Part shown: one piece after another, positions 28,175 to 39,108 of the stretch
Position numbering within the stretch: position 1 is the first letter of the stretch
Layout of the letters: each line of letters begins with the position of its first letter
Origin: an uncultured Mycoplasma sp.
Lineage (GTDB): Bacteria > Bacillota_I > Bacilli_A > RF39 > UBA660
Assembly: GCA_947646115.1 (NCBI GenBank)
Contig: CANSFH010000002.1
Span: forward strand, 27,806-91,805
Direction: 5' to 3'
Length of the DNA stretch: 64,000 bases
Notes under the pieces: model-generated
Database searches by the model: none
The model's input: only the letters and a program-made list of their open reading frames with translations
Told to the model about the DNA's origin: nothing
Program-made: the position numbers and the translations under genes

Positions 28175-29810
28175 AGAAGCATTTTTAAAAAAATTAAGAA
28201 AAAGACTAAATGTTTTAGAAGATAGCGAAATTGAAGATATTGTCAGTGAATATGAAGGTTATATTGATGAAAAGGTGAGTCTTGGCTTAACAGAAGAAGA
28301 AGCTGTTAAAGAATTAGGTGATTTTGAAGAAATAGTAAATGATTTATTAAGTGCTTACAAATTAAAAGGAAATAATGAAGAAAATTATTTTAACAATATA
28401 TTTAATAAATTAGGAAACTTTATTGACAAATTTATGGATTCCCTAAACGATAAAAGTGGTCGCGATATAATTAGAATTTTAATTGAAATCATTTTAATTC
28501 TCTTCCTAATCTGTATTCTAAAAATTCCATTTGCCATGATTAGAGATTTAGGTGCAGACATATTTGAAGAATTAGTACGTCCTATAGGTTATGTGTTTGC
28601 AAGTATTTGGACTTTTATTATTGAAGTAAGTTATCTTGTGGTAGCGATTATTGTCTTCATTAAAATGGTACAAAAAAGATGTTTTAAAGAGTTAAGTGAA
28701 AACATAACGACCATTCGAGAAGACGAAGAAAATAAGGAAAAAGAGGCTAAAAAAAAGAAAAAGTCAGAAACTTCTAAAAATATTGAAAAGAAAAAAGAAG
28801 TAATTACAGAGACAAATAAAAATCATAGTATTGCAAATATTTTAACAGATATATGTATCTATACTTTAAAATTTATTGTACTTATGATTTTAATAGGAAT
28901 AGTATTTTATCTTATTGGAATGTCAGTAGCTATCGGATTTTCTATATACCTACTTATAAACGGCGTCCAATATTACGGAATATTCTTGCTTATGTTAGTA
29001 CTATTCTTTGGCGGTGCTTTATTTTTAGAATTATGCATTAACTTTATCTTTAATAAACATACTAAAGCCTTACCATTTTTTGTAAAATTAATCGTAATAA
29101 TTGTTCTTACTGGTATTAGTTTAACTATGAGCGCTGTTGAAATAGCTGAAACAGAAATCATATATGGCAGTACAAGTGAAAAAACTAATTCTATTACTAA
29201 AGATATCGAAATGACTAAAGACTTATCACTTTATAATTATAATAAAGTTGTAATAGACAATAATTTAAAAGACAAAGTTATAGTTGAATACATCTATCCT
29301 AATTTTAATGATGAAACTGAAATTGAAATAGTACTAAATAAATGTAGTGAAGGATATTGCCTTGGTACTAATGTTATTCATGCCAGCTGGAACAAAAAAT
29401 ATATTAAAAAACTCATTGAAAATCTAAAAGACAAAAAAGTATATGCCTATGATTTTTATTTAGAGAAAGTTATCCATATATCTGAAGAAAATTATAAGAT
29501 TATAGAAGATAATTATTATAAAGAAGAAAATGAAGATTACAATAATATGACTGAAACATTTTCTAGAACCTATAATATTTTAAATATTACTGATAGTAAT
29601 GATATTAATTATATGTATCTTACGCTTAGAGAATTCCAAGATGAAGATGTTAAAACTGTAAAAGTTCCTAAAAGTATTAGTAAAAGTATCAGTGAAAATG
29701 GTTTATATGATTTTACATTTGAATATACAAATATTTTTCAGGATAATATAGAATACATCTTTAAGAAATGTAAAATAGTTAATATTACTAAAGTATCAAA
29801 TGAAGAGTAA
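28167..29810 (+). CDS. DUF1700-type (HAAS) membrane protein partnered with PadR
   Basis: N-terminal MNKEAFLKKLRKRLNVLEDSEIEDIVSEYEGYIDEKVSLGLTEEEAVKELGDFEEI matches the DUF1700 pattern. Multiple TM helices and a long C-terminal domain follow. It overlaps the end of padR. Confidence 0.6.
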   Translation: MNKEAFLKKLRKRLNVLEDSEIEDIVSEYEGYIDEKVSLGLTEEEAVKELGDFEEIVNDLLSAYKLKGNNEENYFNNIFNKLGNFIDKFMDSLNDKSGRDIIRILIEIILILFLICILKIPFAMIRDLGADIFEELVRPIGYVFASIWTFIIEVSYLVVAIIVFIKMVQKRCFKELSENITTIREDEENKEKEAKKKKKSETSKNIEKKKEVITETNKNHSIANILTDICIYTLKFIVLMILIGIVFYLIGMSVAIGFSIYLLINGVQYYGIFLLMLVLFFGGALFLELCINFIFNKHTKALPFFVKLIVIIVLTGISLTMSAVEIAETEIIYGSTSEKTNSITKDIEMTKDLSLYNYNKVVIDNNLKDKVIVEYIYPNFNDETEIEIVLNKCSEGYCLGTNVIHASWNKKYIKKLIENLKDKKVYAYDFYLEKVIHISEENYKIIEDNYYKEENEDYNNMTETFSRTYNILNITDSNDINYMYLTLREFQDEDVKTVKVPKSISKSISENGLYDFTFEYTNIFQDNIEYIFKKCKIVNITKVSNEE

Positions 29811-29833
29811 ACCTAAAAAGTTTACTTTTTAAA
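29806..29833 (+). terminator. Terminator
   Basis: gtaaac-ctaaaaa-gtttac followed by TTTTT. Confidence 0.5.
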
Positions 29834-29900
29834 ATTACCTATTTACAATTGAAACAAAATAGTCCATAATTAAAAAGAAAGGAAATTTAAGGAGGATAAA

Positions 29901-30272
29901 ATGAAATTTTTAAAATGCTCATTATGTGGCGACACTGTTATAGCTCAAGAAAATAATTTATTTAGTTGTTGTAATGTAGAAATGCAAAAAGTAATGGCAA
30001 ACAAAACAGAAGCCGCTACAGAGAAACATATTCCTGTAGTTAACATTAAAGAAAATAATGCAACTATTGCAGTAGGAGAAATACCCCATCCTATGACTGA
30101 AGAACATTATATAGAATGGATTTATATTATAACTAATTTACGAGAAATAAGATATAATTTAAACCCAAATGCTAAACCAGAAGTAGAATTAACACCAGAG
30201 AAAAATGAAATTATAAAAGAAGTATATTCTTATTGTAATCTTCATAGTTTATGGTTAAATAAATTAAAGTAG
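29901..30272 (+). CDS. dfx: Desulfoferrodoxin (superoxide reductase)
   Basis: N-terminal CxxC...CC desulforedoxin-like site, EKHIPV, HPMTEEHYIEWI, and C-terminal YCNLHSLW. Confidence 0.8.
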   Translation: MKFLKCSLCGDTVIAQENNLFSCCNVEMQKVMANKTEAATEKHIPVVNIKENNATIAVGEIPHPMTEEHYIEWIYIITNLREIRYNLNPNAKPEVELTPEKNEIIKEVYSYCNLHSLWLNKLK

Positions 30273-30350
30273 ACTTTTGTTTACTTTTTTAAGTTTTAAT
30301 TAGTATTTAAATTTTAAATAAAGTGATATAATATATAAAAGGGTGGTAAA

Positions 30351-30938
30351 ATGAAAGTATCCTATAAAACTATAAAAGAAGATGAAAGCTATTTAAGACA
30401 AATATCCCAGCCTGTAGACTTTAATAATAATGCTTGGAAAGAATCAGTAGAGGCTTTAGATTATTTTTGTAAAAAGGAAAATAATTATATGGCCATGGCC
30501 TCAATTCAACTAGGCATCCCTTTAAGAATTGTTTATTTAAAAAAGACTGATTTAAATCGTTTAGAAGAAGATTATAATGAATCTAAAATATTAATTAATC
30601 CAATAATAAAGAAAAGTGTCGGTCTAACTAGATATTGGGAAGCTTGTGTTAGTTGCCTTGATAATACTGGATTAGTTGATAGACCATATGAAATAGAAGT
30701 AGAATATTATGATATTAATGAGGTTAAACATAAAGAAACATTTACAGGATTTAGTGCTACAGTTTTATCTCATGAGTTAGATCATTTAGATGGTATTCTT
30801 CACATTGATATTGCTAGTAAAATTTTACATATGAATATAGAAGAAAGAAAAGAATATCGTAAAACTCATCCTTACGAAATAATAAGCAAAACTGGAAAAC
30901 ATTCAAAACCAAGTAATAAAGAAAAAAGAGCAGAGTAA
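30351..30938 (+). CDS. Peptide deformylase-family protein (divergent)
   Basis: Motif II EACVSC and motif III HELDHLDG. Motif I is degenerate (MASIQLG). Confidence 0.6.
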   Translation: MKVSYKTIKEDESYLRQISQPVDFNNNAWKESVEALDYFCKKENNYMAMASIQLGIPLRIVYLKKTDLNRLEEDYNESKILINPIIKKSVGLTRYWEACVSCLDNTGLVDRPYEIEVEYYDINEVKHKETFTGFSATVLSHELDHLDGILHIDIASKILHMNIEERKEYRKTHPYEIISKTGKHSKPSNKEKRAE

Positions 30939-31014
30939 AGTGGACACTTACTTTGCTTGTTTTATTTTTATAAACCAATAAATACGTGATATAATAATAT
31001 TAGGAGGTTAAAAT

Positions 31015-31929
31015 ATGGAAAGTATAAGCATGTTAGAAAGATATGGCGAAGATTTAACCGCAAAAAATTATATTACTGACCCAGCAATAGGTCGTGATGA
31101 CGAAATAAAACAAATGATTTTAGCTCTTCTTACCCCTGAAAAAAGTGCATTATTAGTAGGCAAACCAGGTATTGGTAAAACTGCAATTGTAGAAGGACTT
31201 GCTTATCGTATTATCCAAGGTTATGTACCAGATGTATTATTAAATTATCAAATTATAAAAATAAATATAACTAGCCTTATTGGAAATACTATAATAAGTG
31301 GTGAAACAGAGAATAGAGTTGATTTATTAGTTCGTGAACTTAATACTAAAGATAATGTCATAGTATTTATTGATGAAACTCATCTTTTAATAAACAAAGA
31401 TGGTGGTATGGATTTTGCTAATATGCTAAAGGCAGGATTAGACCGTGGTACCATAAAAATGATAGGTGCAACTACTACTGATGAATATGAACAATATATT
31501 TTAAGAGATAGAGCATTTTTAAGACGTTTTCAAAAAATTGAAGTTGCTGAAAGTGATAAAGAAACAACTGTCGCAATCCTTATGGGAACTCTTCCCAAAA
31601 TAGAAGATAAAATTGGTGTAAAATGTGAGTATACAAATTTCATTAAAGAACGTATTATGCGATTTATTGTTGATATGACAGATGAATATAAAAGAGTATA
31701 CGAAATAGCCTCACGTTATCCCGATATATGTTTAACAATTGTATCTAATGCATATACTTTTGCATTATATGACAATAATCGTACTGTAACCATAAAACAT
31801 TTTTATAAAGCAATATGTAACGCTAAAAATATTTATGATGATGCTAGATTAAAAGAAATAGAAAGATTTAAAATAGAATTTGCTGATATTTTAAGAGAGG
31901 AAGGTGTTGATTTAGATGAACGGAACTAA
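31015..31929 (+). CDS. Clp/Hsp100-like AAA+ ATPase, single module
   Basis: Walker [22 protein letters not shown] typical of ClpA/B D1 domains. Only about 300 aa. Confidence 0.55.
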   Translation: MESISMLERYGEDLTAKNYITDPAIGRDDEIKQMILALLTPEKSALLVGKPGIGKTAIVEGLAYRIIQGYVPDVLLNYQIIKINITSLIGNTIISGETENRVDLLVRELNTKDNVIVFIDETHLLINKDGGMDFANMLKAGLDRGTIKMIGATTTDEYEQYILRDRAFLRRFQKIEVAESDKETTVAILMGTLPKIEDKIGVKCEYTNFIKERIMRFIVDMTDEYKRVYEIASRYPDICLTIVSNAYTFALYDNNRTVTIKHFYKAICNAKNIYDDARLKEIERFKIEFADILREEGVDLDERN

Positions 31930-32971
31930 AGTTTTTCAAATTGGCTGTGGCCGAATGAGTAAGTATATTATGAAATATGTTTACGATTTAGGAGGAACCA
32001 TCGTAGGAGCAGTAGATGTGGATCCCGATAAATTAGGAGAGGATATTGGGACAATTATAGGAACTGAACCTAAAAATATTTTTATATTTGATACCTCAAA
32101 ATTGGAATATTTATTAAATGATACAAAGCCAGATATAGCAGTAATTACTACATTAAGTTATTTAAATGATGTAGAAGATACTATTAGAACTTGTGTTAGA
32201 TGTGGAGTAAATGTAATTACTACTAGTGAAGAATGCTTTTTTGCTTCAAATAGTAATCCCACTTTATTTCACGAATTAGACGTTTTAGCTGCAGCTAATA
32301 AAGTAACTATAACAGGCTGTGGATATCAAGATGTTTTTTGGGGAAATCTTATTACTGTATTAGCAGGATCTATTCATAATATTACCAAAATTAAGGGAAG
32401 TTCTTCTTATAATGTTGAAGATTATGGTATAGCTCTTGCAGAAGCTCATGGAGCAGGTTTAACATTTGATGAGTTTGAGAAAAAAATAGGAATTACCGAT
32501 AATATTAGTGATATAGTACGTGAAAAACTGATTATGGAAAGACAGTTTTCTCCTTCATATATGTGGAATGCCGTAGGGTGGATTGCTGATAAAATGAAGC
32601 TAACACCTATAAGATTAACTCAAAAATGTATTCCTGAAACGTCAGATATCGATTTACATAGTGAAACATTAAGTTTAGATATCGAAAAAGGAAATGCAAC
32701 TGGAATGAGTGCTATAGCAACTCTAGAAACAAAAGAAGGAATTATAATTGAAGCCGAATGTATTGGCAAAGTATATGGACCAGATGATTATGATAAAAAC
32801 GAATGGACCGTTTATGGTGAACCAGACACTACAATAACCGTGAATCGACCTGATACTGTAAGACTTACCTGTGCAAATATTGTAAACCGTATACCTGATG
32901 TTATAAAAGCTAAACCAGGATTTATTCCAACAAGCGAAATTGGAGAAAGCACTTATAAATTAAATTATTAA
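31916..32971 (+). CDS. NAD(P)-binding dehydrogenase (DapB-like or amine-dehydrogenase-like)
   Basis: N-terminal Rossmann fold [10 protein letters not shown]. 351 aa. Confidence 0.45.
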   Translation: MNGTKVFQIGCGRMSKYIMKYVYDLGGTIVGAVDVDPDKLGEDIGTIIGTEPKNIFIFDTSKLEYLLNDTKPDIAVITTLSYLNDVEDTIRTCVRCGVNVITTSEECFFASNSNPTLFHELDVLAAANKVTITGCGYQDVFWGNLITVLAGSIHNITKIKGSSSYNVEDYGIALAEAHGAGLTFDEFEKKIGITDNISDIVREKLIMERQFSPSYMWNAVGWIADKMKLTPIRLTQKCIPETSDIDLHSETLSLDIEKGNATGMSAIATLETKEGIIIEAECIGKVYGPDDYDKNEWTVYGEPDTTITVNRPDTVRLTCANIVNRIPDVIKAKPGFIPTSEIGESTYKLNY

Positions 32972-32974
32972 AAA

Positions 32975-33002
32975 CTCAAAAGAATTGAGTTTTTTATTTT
33001 AT
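32975..33002. terminator. Bidirectional terminator between convergent genes
   Basis: aactcaa-aaga-attgagtt followed by TTTTT. Confidence 0.6.
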
Positions 33003-33005
33003 GTT

Positions 33006-34865
33006 TTATATTTTAAGTTTAGTTTTTACAATTCTTTCTAAATGTTTTTGCAAAGCTTCATCACAAGCATATACATAACAACCCTTAATTCCTCTTGTAA
33101 GCAACACTCTATATGTATTTCTAATAATTTTATCAGCAAGCTTTTCATAATAAGACTTGTCTTTTTTCATTAAAACATATAATCCATACAATGACTTTTC
33201 TGTACTAGCTCGAGCTTTATAATCAGTTATTACTTTACCATTTCGATACTTTAAATCTGGTCCTATTATAACACCGATATAATCAAATTCTAACCCTTGA
33301 ACATTATGAACACATCCAACTTCATTTATAGCACTTATTCTTGTTGCAAACTGCTCCCCGTGTTTCAAATTCCAACTCATTTCAAAGTCATCAATTTTAA
33401 TATCTTTATATTGTTGATTATCAGCTTCTTTGGCATTTCTTGACCAACAAAAACCCGCTACTAACCTAGCATTATTAATAGTGTTTTTCTCTATTATTTC
33501 ATCTCTTAAATCTGTAGGAGTATCCATAACTTTAAAATCAAAATTAAAATTAACACTTCCTCTTTTATTATAAAGAATCTTATCTACGAAATCTAAATAA
33601 GAATCACTTCCATTACATCTAAATTGACTAGTAAGTTCTAGTTCCATAACATCAGCATTAAAGTATTTAGCAAAGTATTTGATATTTAAAATAGTTCCAA
33701 TATCTTTTAAAGTAATAATCTGTTTTTCATCAATAAAGAAAACCGATAATTTACTAGCATTCATAATTTCTTTAATCTGATTTTCGCCTATATTATTCCG
33801 CATGCCAGATTTTTCTGATAATCTATGAGATTCATCAACTAATAAAAAATCATATTTATTTGGATAATCCCTAAAGAAGTAACCCGAACTTTTAAATAAT
33901 TCATTTATACTGACTTCGTTCTTTCCATTTATTAATTTATTTTTATAAACTTTTCTGGGCGCCATATTTTTAGAAACATAAGCCCCCATTAAGCCTCTAG
34001 AAAGTAATTCGCCTAAAGCATTAATAGCTAAAATAGATTTACCACTCCCTGGCCCACCTTTAATTATCAAAACATTCTTTTTATTTTCAATATATGAAGC
34101 ATTTGCCTTGGATATAATTTCTTCCATAATTACTTTTTGTTCATCAAGCATAACAAACTCTTTACTTCCTTCTAGTATTCTATTAAGATGTTTAAGTAAT
34201 TTATTAGTCGGTTTAATATCGCTTTGATCAACTAGTTTTATAACTTCTAAATTATCACCATGTCTAATATTAGAATTAATTAAATCTTTTAAATAATCTT
34301 TATCATTCTTGCCAAACATTAAAACCTTTTTATAATAGGGACTATATTTTTTACTATATAAATCATCACTTAAGCTTAAATCATAATTGTGTAAATAAAC
34401 CAGAGGTACAACTTTTATCTTATAATCTTGAATGTTAATATTATAATTATTTAAAAGTTCAGCATAGCTTCCTACCTGATAAGCTGGGTGTAGCGAGTTT
34501 TTTTCTTTATCACCAATTAATGTTTTAATAACGCCATCTAAATTTTTTACTTCTTTAGCATATTCCCACTGTTTTAATTCGACTAATATAATCGTAGGTC
34601 TCATTTCCTCATTATAACCACTAATAATAAAATCTACTCTTTTACTTGTAAGTGGTATTCCATATTCAATTGTAATGCCAGCATTATCTGGTAATTCTTC
34701 TATAATGTCTTTCATAAAAGGTAAACTATTAGCCCAAGCTTTAATTTGATTTAGTTTGGTCTTTTTATTAAATTTTTCTTTATATGCGTCATATACTTTA
34801 TTACTTATAATATCTCTTTTGACATAATCTATAAACTCTTTTTTTAAACACGAAAAAACCATCAC
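33006..34865 (-). CDS. PD-(D/E)xK nuclease fused to a DUF2075-type SF1 helicase/ATPase (Schlafen-like or Nhi-like), a candidate defence protein
   Basis: N-terminal RVDFIISGY...ILVELKQW is a D...ELK restriction-endonuclease fold. Walker A GGPGSGKS. A long helicase-like C-terminal region follows. Confidence 0.65.
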   Translation of the reverse strand: MMVFSCLKKEFIDYVKRDIISNKVYDAYKEKFNKKTKLNQIKAWANSLPFMKDIIEELPDNAGITIEYGIPLTSKRVDFIISGYNEEMRPTIILVELKQWEYAKEVKNLDGVIKTLIGDKEKNSLHPAYQVGSYAELLNNYNINIQDYKIKVVPLVYLHNYDLSLSDDLYSKKYSPYYKKVLMFGKNDKDYLKDLINSNIRHGDNLEVIKLVDQSDIKPTNKLLKHLNRILEGSKEFVMLDEQKVIMEEIISKANASYIENKKNVLIIKGGPGSGKSILAINALGELLSRGLMGAYVSKNMAPRKVYKNKLINGKNEVSINELFKSSGYFFRDYPNKYDFLLVDESHRLSEKSGMRNNIGENQIKEIMNASKLSVFFIDEKQIITLKDIGTILNIKYFAKYFNADVMELELTSQFRCNGSDSYLDFVDKILYNKRGSVNFNFDFKVMDTPTDLRDEIIEKNTINNARLVAGFCWSRNAKEADNQQYKDIKIDDFEMSWNLKHGEQFATRISAINEVGCVHNVQGLEFDYIGVIIGPDLKYRNGKVITDYKARASTEKSLYGLYVLMKKDKSYYEKLADKIIRNTYRVLLTRGIKGCYVYACDEALQKHLERIVKTKLKI

Positions 34866-34941
34866 TTAAATCAACTCCTAAAAAAGCTAGCAAAAACATT
34901 AAGTCTTTACTAGCCCTTATATTATATATTATAACATATTT

Positions 34942-36393
34942 TTACTTAAAGCTGATATCAAAATTACTAGGTCCTTCAATACATTTACCATCTATATCAA
35001 ATCTTGAACCGTGGCATAAACAATCCCAAGTTTTTTCAATTTCATTGAACAATATGCCACACTTCATATGTGGACATTTATTATATACAATATGTTCTAA
35101 CCCATTTTCATCAGTATATATAGCAACACTCTTACCATGAATTTTTTTGTAGATAACTCTACAGTTATTAACATTATCTTTTGTGCTTTTTAGAATAGCT
35201 TTAACACTTGCTCCTATATCAATTGGCATTCTAATAACTTTACTTAAATTAATATTTCTATTTGGAGATAATAATTCTTCATAAGGATTATGTCTTTTCA
35301 TGATTATATCAGTAATAATCGTACCAGCTAAAGTTCCGTTAGTAATGCCCCAAGTATTAAAGCCTGTTGCCATAAGCATAGTATTTTCATCTTTATGGAT
35401 CCTTCCAATATAAGGCAAGTAATCATTAGTTATAATATCTTTATTACTCCAAATATACTCAAATTCCTTCTTTTTCTTTAAATCTAAAAAATTATTTTTA
35501 ATACTTTTAATATTAGCAGACACATAAGAATTAAATAAGTATATTAAATAATTGTTAGTTTTATTAGAATGATACCTAAAAGATATACAAGGCTTATCAA
35601 TGTTAATAGCACTAACTGAATAAAAATCTTTTTCCTCTTTTGCTCAAATATAAGAAGTTTCAATATGACTCTTTAGAGGCATCAAATAAGGAAACAAAAA
35701 GTAAGGATAATGGGTAGCAAAGACTACATATTTTGCTTTTATTTTATAGCCATTAACTAAAGCAATATAATTATCACTGGTTTTATCTATACTTTCTAAT
35801 TTAGAATTCTCATAAATGCTATCTTTAAATTTATTCTTTAAAAAATTAATATATTTAAGAGGATGAAACACATAAGTATCACTTACCTTTAAAGCCAGCT
35901 TTACATCGTTCATAAAAGGAATATTTTTCACTAGTTGGGAATTTACTTTACATTGGTTTAAAAATTTATATTCTTCCTCTATCTTATCACGACTATTATC
36001 ATCATTTGTAAATATATATGAATCTACTTTCTTTAAATCACAATCAATTTTTTCTTTTTCTATTCTATTTTTAAGAGTATTTACTGCTTCAACTTGACTT
36101 TTCAAATATAATTCTGCTTCTTTAAATCCTACGTATTTTCTAATATTCATATAAACTTTTTCCTGCAAAAAAGTAATTTTGGCAGTACTTCTGCACGTTA
36201 CACCATGTCCACATATATTTCTCTCAACTAAAGTAGCATTTATTCCGCTGTTTTTTAATTGATAAAGTGTTGATATCCCTGTTATACCTCCGCCAATAAT
36301 TAAAACATCAGTTTCCATATCTACAGTAACCGATTTACAGTTTTTAACATCTATATTATCTAACCAAATACTATAATTTTTCATACACATCAT
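34942..36393 (-). pseudogene. Disrupted FAD-dependent oxidoreductase with C-terminal Rieske [2Fe-2S] domain (YhfW-like), split into two ORFs
   Basis: ORF 35644..36393 holds the FAD-binding N-terminus (VLIIGGGITG). ORF 34942..35523 holds the rest of the DAO domain and the Rieske motifs CPHMKCG...CLCHGS. The two are separated by 120 nt containing stop codons. Confidence 0.5.
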
Positions 36394-36490
36394 TATTAAT
36401 ATGAGTAAAATAAATGTATTAATACATATAACTCTTGATTTTTTAGTAATTTTTTGATATCCTAATATTGCTTATTTATAAGCATTTTTG

Positions 36491-36567
36491 TGGCGGAATT
36501 GGTGAAGGGGTTAACACGGCAGATTGTGGCTCTGTTATGCATGGGTTCGAATCCCATATTTCGCCCC
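36491..36567 (+). tRNA. tRNA-His (anticodon GTG)
   Basis: G-1:C73 pair, acceptor GCGGAAT/ATTTCGC, anticodon loop TTGTGGC, T-arm GGGTTCGAATCCC, CCA encoded. It is near-identical in layout to B. subtilis tRNA-His. Confidence 0.85.
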
Positions 36568-36668
36568 ATATTGAATTTTACGCACAACTTTGTGCGAAAG
36601 TTAAAGTAAAAGTTCGTAATACTTGATATTATGGACTTTTTTCTTTGCAAAGGTGGTGAGTATATAAA

Positions 36669-36962
36669 ATGAATGTGTCCATAGAATTTTTAGAATTTCC
36701 TTTGTGTATAAAAAATAAAATACTTAGAATTAAAAATATTACCAAACTAAATATAGAATATATTGCAGGAAAGAATATTGTTTTTAATAACTCTAATTTA
36801 GGATTAAATGAACCACATAATATTATCATTAGTAATAATACTCACAGTCTAGTTTTACTTTGTTATGATAATGATTCAAATCTATATAATGAAGACTTAT
36901 TAGATACTATTACAATAACTGAATTAACCAATATAATTGAATATTTATTAAAAGAAAATTAA
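36669..36962 (+). CDS. Hypothetical small protein
   Basis: 97-aa ORF just downstream of tRNA-His. No motif recognised. Confidence 0.3.
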   Translation: MNVSIEFLEFPLCIKNKILRIKNITKLNIEYIAGKNIVFNNSNLGLNEPHNIIISNNTHSLVLLCYDNDSNLYNEDLLDTITITELTNIIEYLLKEN

Positions 36963-37290
36963 AAAATTTTTAAATTTGCTTTTTCCTTTATTTATAAGGG
37001 TTAAACAACTATTTTTTGGTGTACTTTTTAAGTTGTGTCAAAAGATGATATAGATAGTTATATAAAATCGTTAAGTGAATTTTATAAGATAAAACAAAAC
37101 AATTTAAATATAGATTCTATTAATTTAGAAGAACTAGGTCAAAAGAATAGTCTATTATAAATAATCCCTAACAAAAAAGAATCAAGAATCAAGATTTGAT
37201 AAAGAAAAATATACTTTATTGCAAATATGTAGTTAAGATTACTCGAAAATATGATAAAATATTATTTAGAAGATGTGTTGGGAGGTTTTT

Positions 37291-38079
37291 ATGAAGAACA
37301 TTAATCAACTTGAATTGAAGAAAAAGAAATATATAATTTTTGATATGGATGGTACATTAATTGATTCTATAGGTGTATGGAATAGAACAGATCAAAAACT
37401 AATAGAAGAATATGGGAATCAAACTATAGGATTAGATGAAATTCAAATTGAAAGAGATGAATTTCTTCATAGTAATCAAGATAGCGATATTTATTTAGCT
37501 TATTGTGAATATCTAATCTCAAAGTACAGTTTAAGTATTAGAAATGCCGAAGAATTATTAAGAATTAGATGGGATAAATCTGGAGAAGTATTAGAAAAAG
37601 AAATGGATTTCAAAGAAGATGTTGTACAATTAGTATTAAGATTAAAAAAACTTGGATTTATTCTTATTTTAGCAACTATGACAACTCAAGTTCAATTGGA
37701 TATTTATTCAAAAAGAAATAAGAAAATGCTAGAGCAAATGAATATTGCAGAAGTTTTTGATTTGATTACTAGAAAAGAAGATGTTATAAATAAGAAGCCT
37801 AATCCCGAAATATATATTAAAATTATGCAACATTATAATGCTAGTCCAGATGAATGTTTAGTGTTTGAAGATTCTTATACAGGAGTTTTAGCAAGTCAAA
37901 ATGCAGGAATAGAATGTATAAATATTTATGATAAATATGCTGATATAGATAGAGATAAAATAGATGGAATTACAGATTATAGTATTAAAAGTTATAGAGA
38001 GTTTTTAGGTTTAGTTGATACAATATATCCGATTGAACCAGAAAAAGAAATAAAAAGAGCTTTAAACCGAAATTGTTAA
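37291..38079 (+). CDS. HAD-superfamily hydrolase (beta-phosphoglucomutase-like subfamily)
   Basis: Motif I IIFDMDGTLIDS. GGGAGG RBS 6 nt upstream of ATG 37291. Confidence 0.75.
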   Translation: MKNINQLELKKKKYIIFDMDGTLIDSIGVWNRTDQKLIEEYGNQTIGLDEIQIERDEFLHSNQDSDIYLAYCEYLISKYSLSIRNAEELLRIRWDKSGEVLEKEMDFKEDVVQLVLRLKKLGFILILATMTTQVQLDIYSKRNKKMLEQMNIAEVFDLITRKEDVINKKPNPEIYIKIMQHYNASPDECLVFEDSYTGVLASQNAGIECINIYDKYADIDRDKIDGITDYSIKSYREFLGLVDTIYPIEPEKEIKRALNRNC

Positions 38080-38086
38080 TATAGGA

Positions 38087-38108
38087 GCGAGAAATTGCTC
38101 TTTTTTTG
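38087..38108 (+). terminator. Terminator
   Basis: gagcga-gaaa-ttgctc followed by TTTTTTT. Confidence 0.5.
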
Positions 38109-38306
38109 TTGTTTAAATTTAGAAAGGAGATGAGTTTTATTAATTATTTCTTTGAAATAGTCGTACCACAATTATTAGAATATTTAAAAAAATGCAAAGG
38201 ATGTTCCTTATTCTTTGTTATTTGAAGATTAATTAATAATAAGAACTATGAAAAAGAAGTAAAAGAAATTATTGAAAAATCTAATGGAATTAGTCAATAT
38301 TTCAAC

Positions 38307-39008
38307 TTGATAGATAATAAAATTATAGACCTAATTTCAAGTCAGTTTAATCATAATATAGATTATAAGGCCTATCAAATTATAGATAGACAAAAAATAT
38401 TAACTGATGACACAAAGAATACATATAACATATTAAAAGCAAGATTAATAAAAGAATTATTAAAACAGGTTGATGAAAAAGTATATTCTTGTAAATCTTG
38501 TAATAAATTAGTAGATAAATTCCCTAATGATGCAACAGTATTTCTTGGAAAAGATAATGATATCGTATTAGTTGGAGAAGCTCCTGCTAATAATGGTTTG
38601 AGAAAGAGTCATAAATTATGGTGTGATATAAATGATAAAGTATTACCTAGTGGAGTTGTATTACAAAAACTATTTGATATAATTGATAGAAATATCTTTG
38701 AAACAACATTTTTAGAATCAGTTAAATGTTATCCACTTGAAAGAAAAGATTTAAAAACTTGTTCTAATAATTGTAAGAACATAATGTTAGAACAATTAAG
38801 AATATTAAATCCTAAATTGATTATTACTTTAGGAGAATTTCCAACTAGAAATTTACTTGATTTTAAATTTAAAACATTTTCTGATGTCGTTGGTAACATA
38901 TATGAAGTAAATGGTTATAAAATATTACCTATTTATCATCCTAGCCCAATATCTCCGAAGAGTTATAAAGGTAATATTCCAATCATTAAAAAAATGAGAG
39001 AAATGTAG
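38307..39008 (+). CDS. Uracil-DNA glycosylase superfamily protein (family 4-like, Fe-S type)
   Basis: Motif A VLVGEAPANNG (GEAPG-like), motif B IYHPSPISP (HPSP), and four Cys (CKSC...C...C). TTG start. Confidence 0.5.
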   Translation: MIDNKIIDLISSQFNHNIDYKAYQIIDRQKILTDDTKNTYNILKARLIKELLKQVDEKVYSCKSCNKLVDKFPNDATVFLGKDNDIVLVGEAPANNGLRKSHKLWCDINDKVLPSGVVLQKLFDIIDRNIFETTFLESVKCYPLERKDLKTCSNNCKNIMLEQLRILNPKLIITLGEFPTRNLLDFKFKTFSDVVGNIYEVNGYKILPIYHPSPISPKSYKGNIPIIKKMREM

Positions 39009-39108
39009 CAATTTGTAGAATTATTTGATATAATGAATTTAGATTTAAAGGGCTAGTACAGACTTTGAATAAGTTTTGTATTGGTCTTTTTTAGATATGG
39101 GAGATAAA

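Noticed and set aside
36462-36650. 62-aa minus-strand ORF from the track
   Set aside because: It lies antisense across the tRNA-His gene at 36491..36567 and has no RBS. It is a chance ORF.
38133-38228. 31-codon ORF (MSFINYFFEIVVPQ...) after the HAD gene terminator
   Set aside because: The GGAG abuts the ATG with zero spacing, and the ORF is short and hydrophobic. It is probably not translated.
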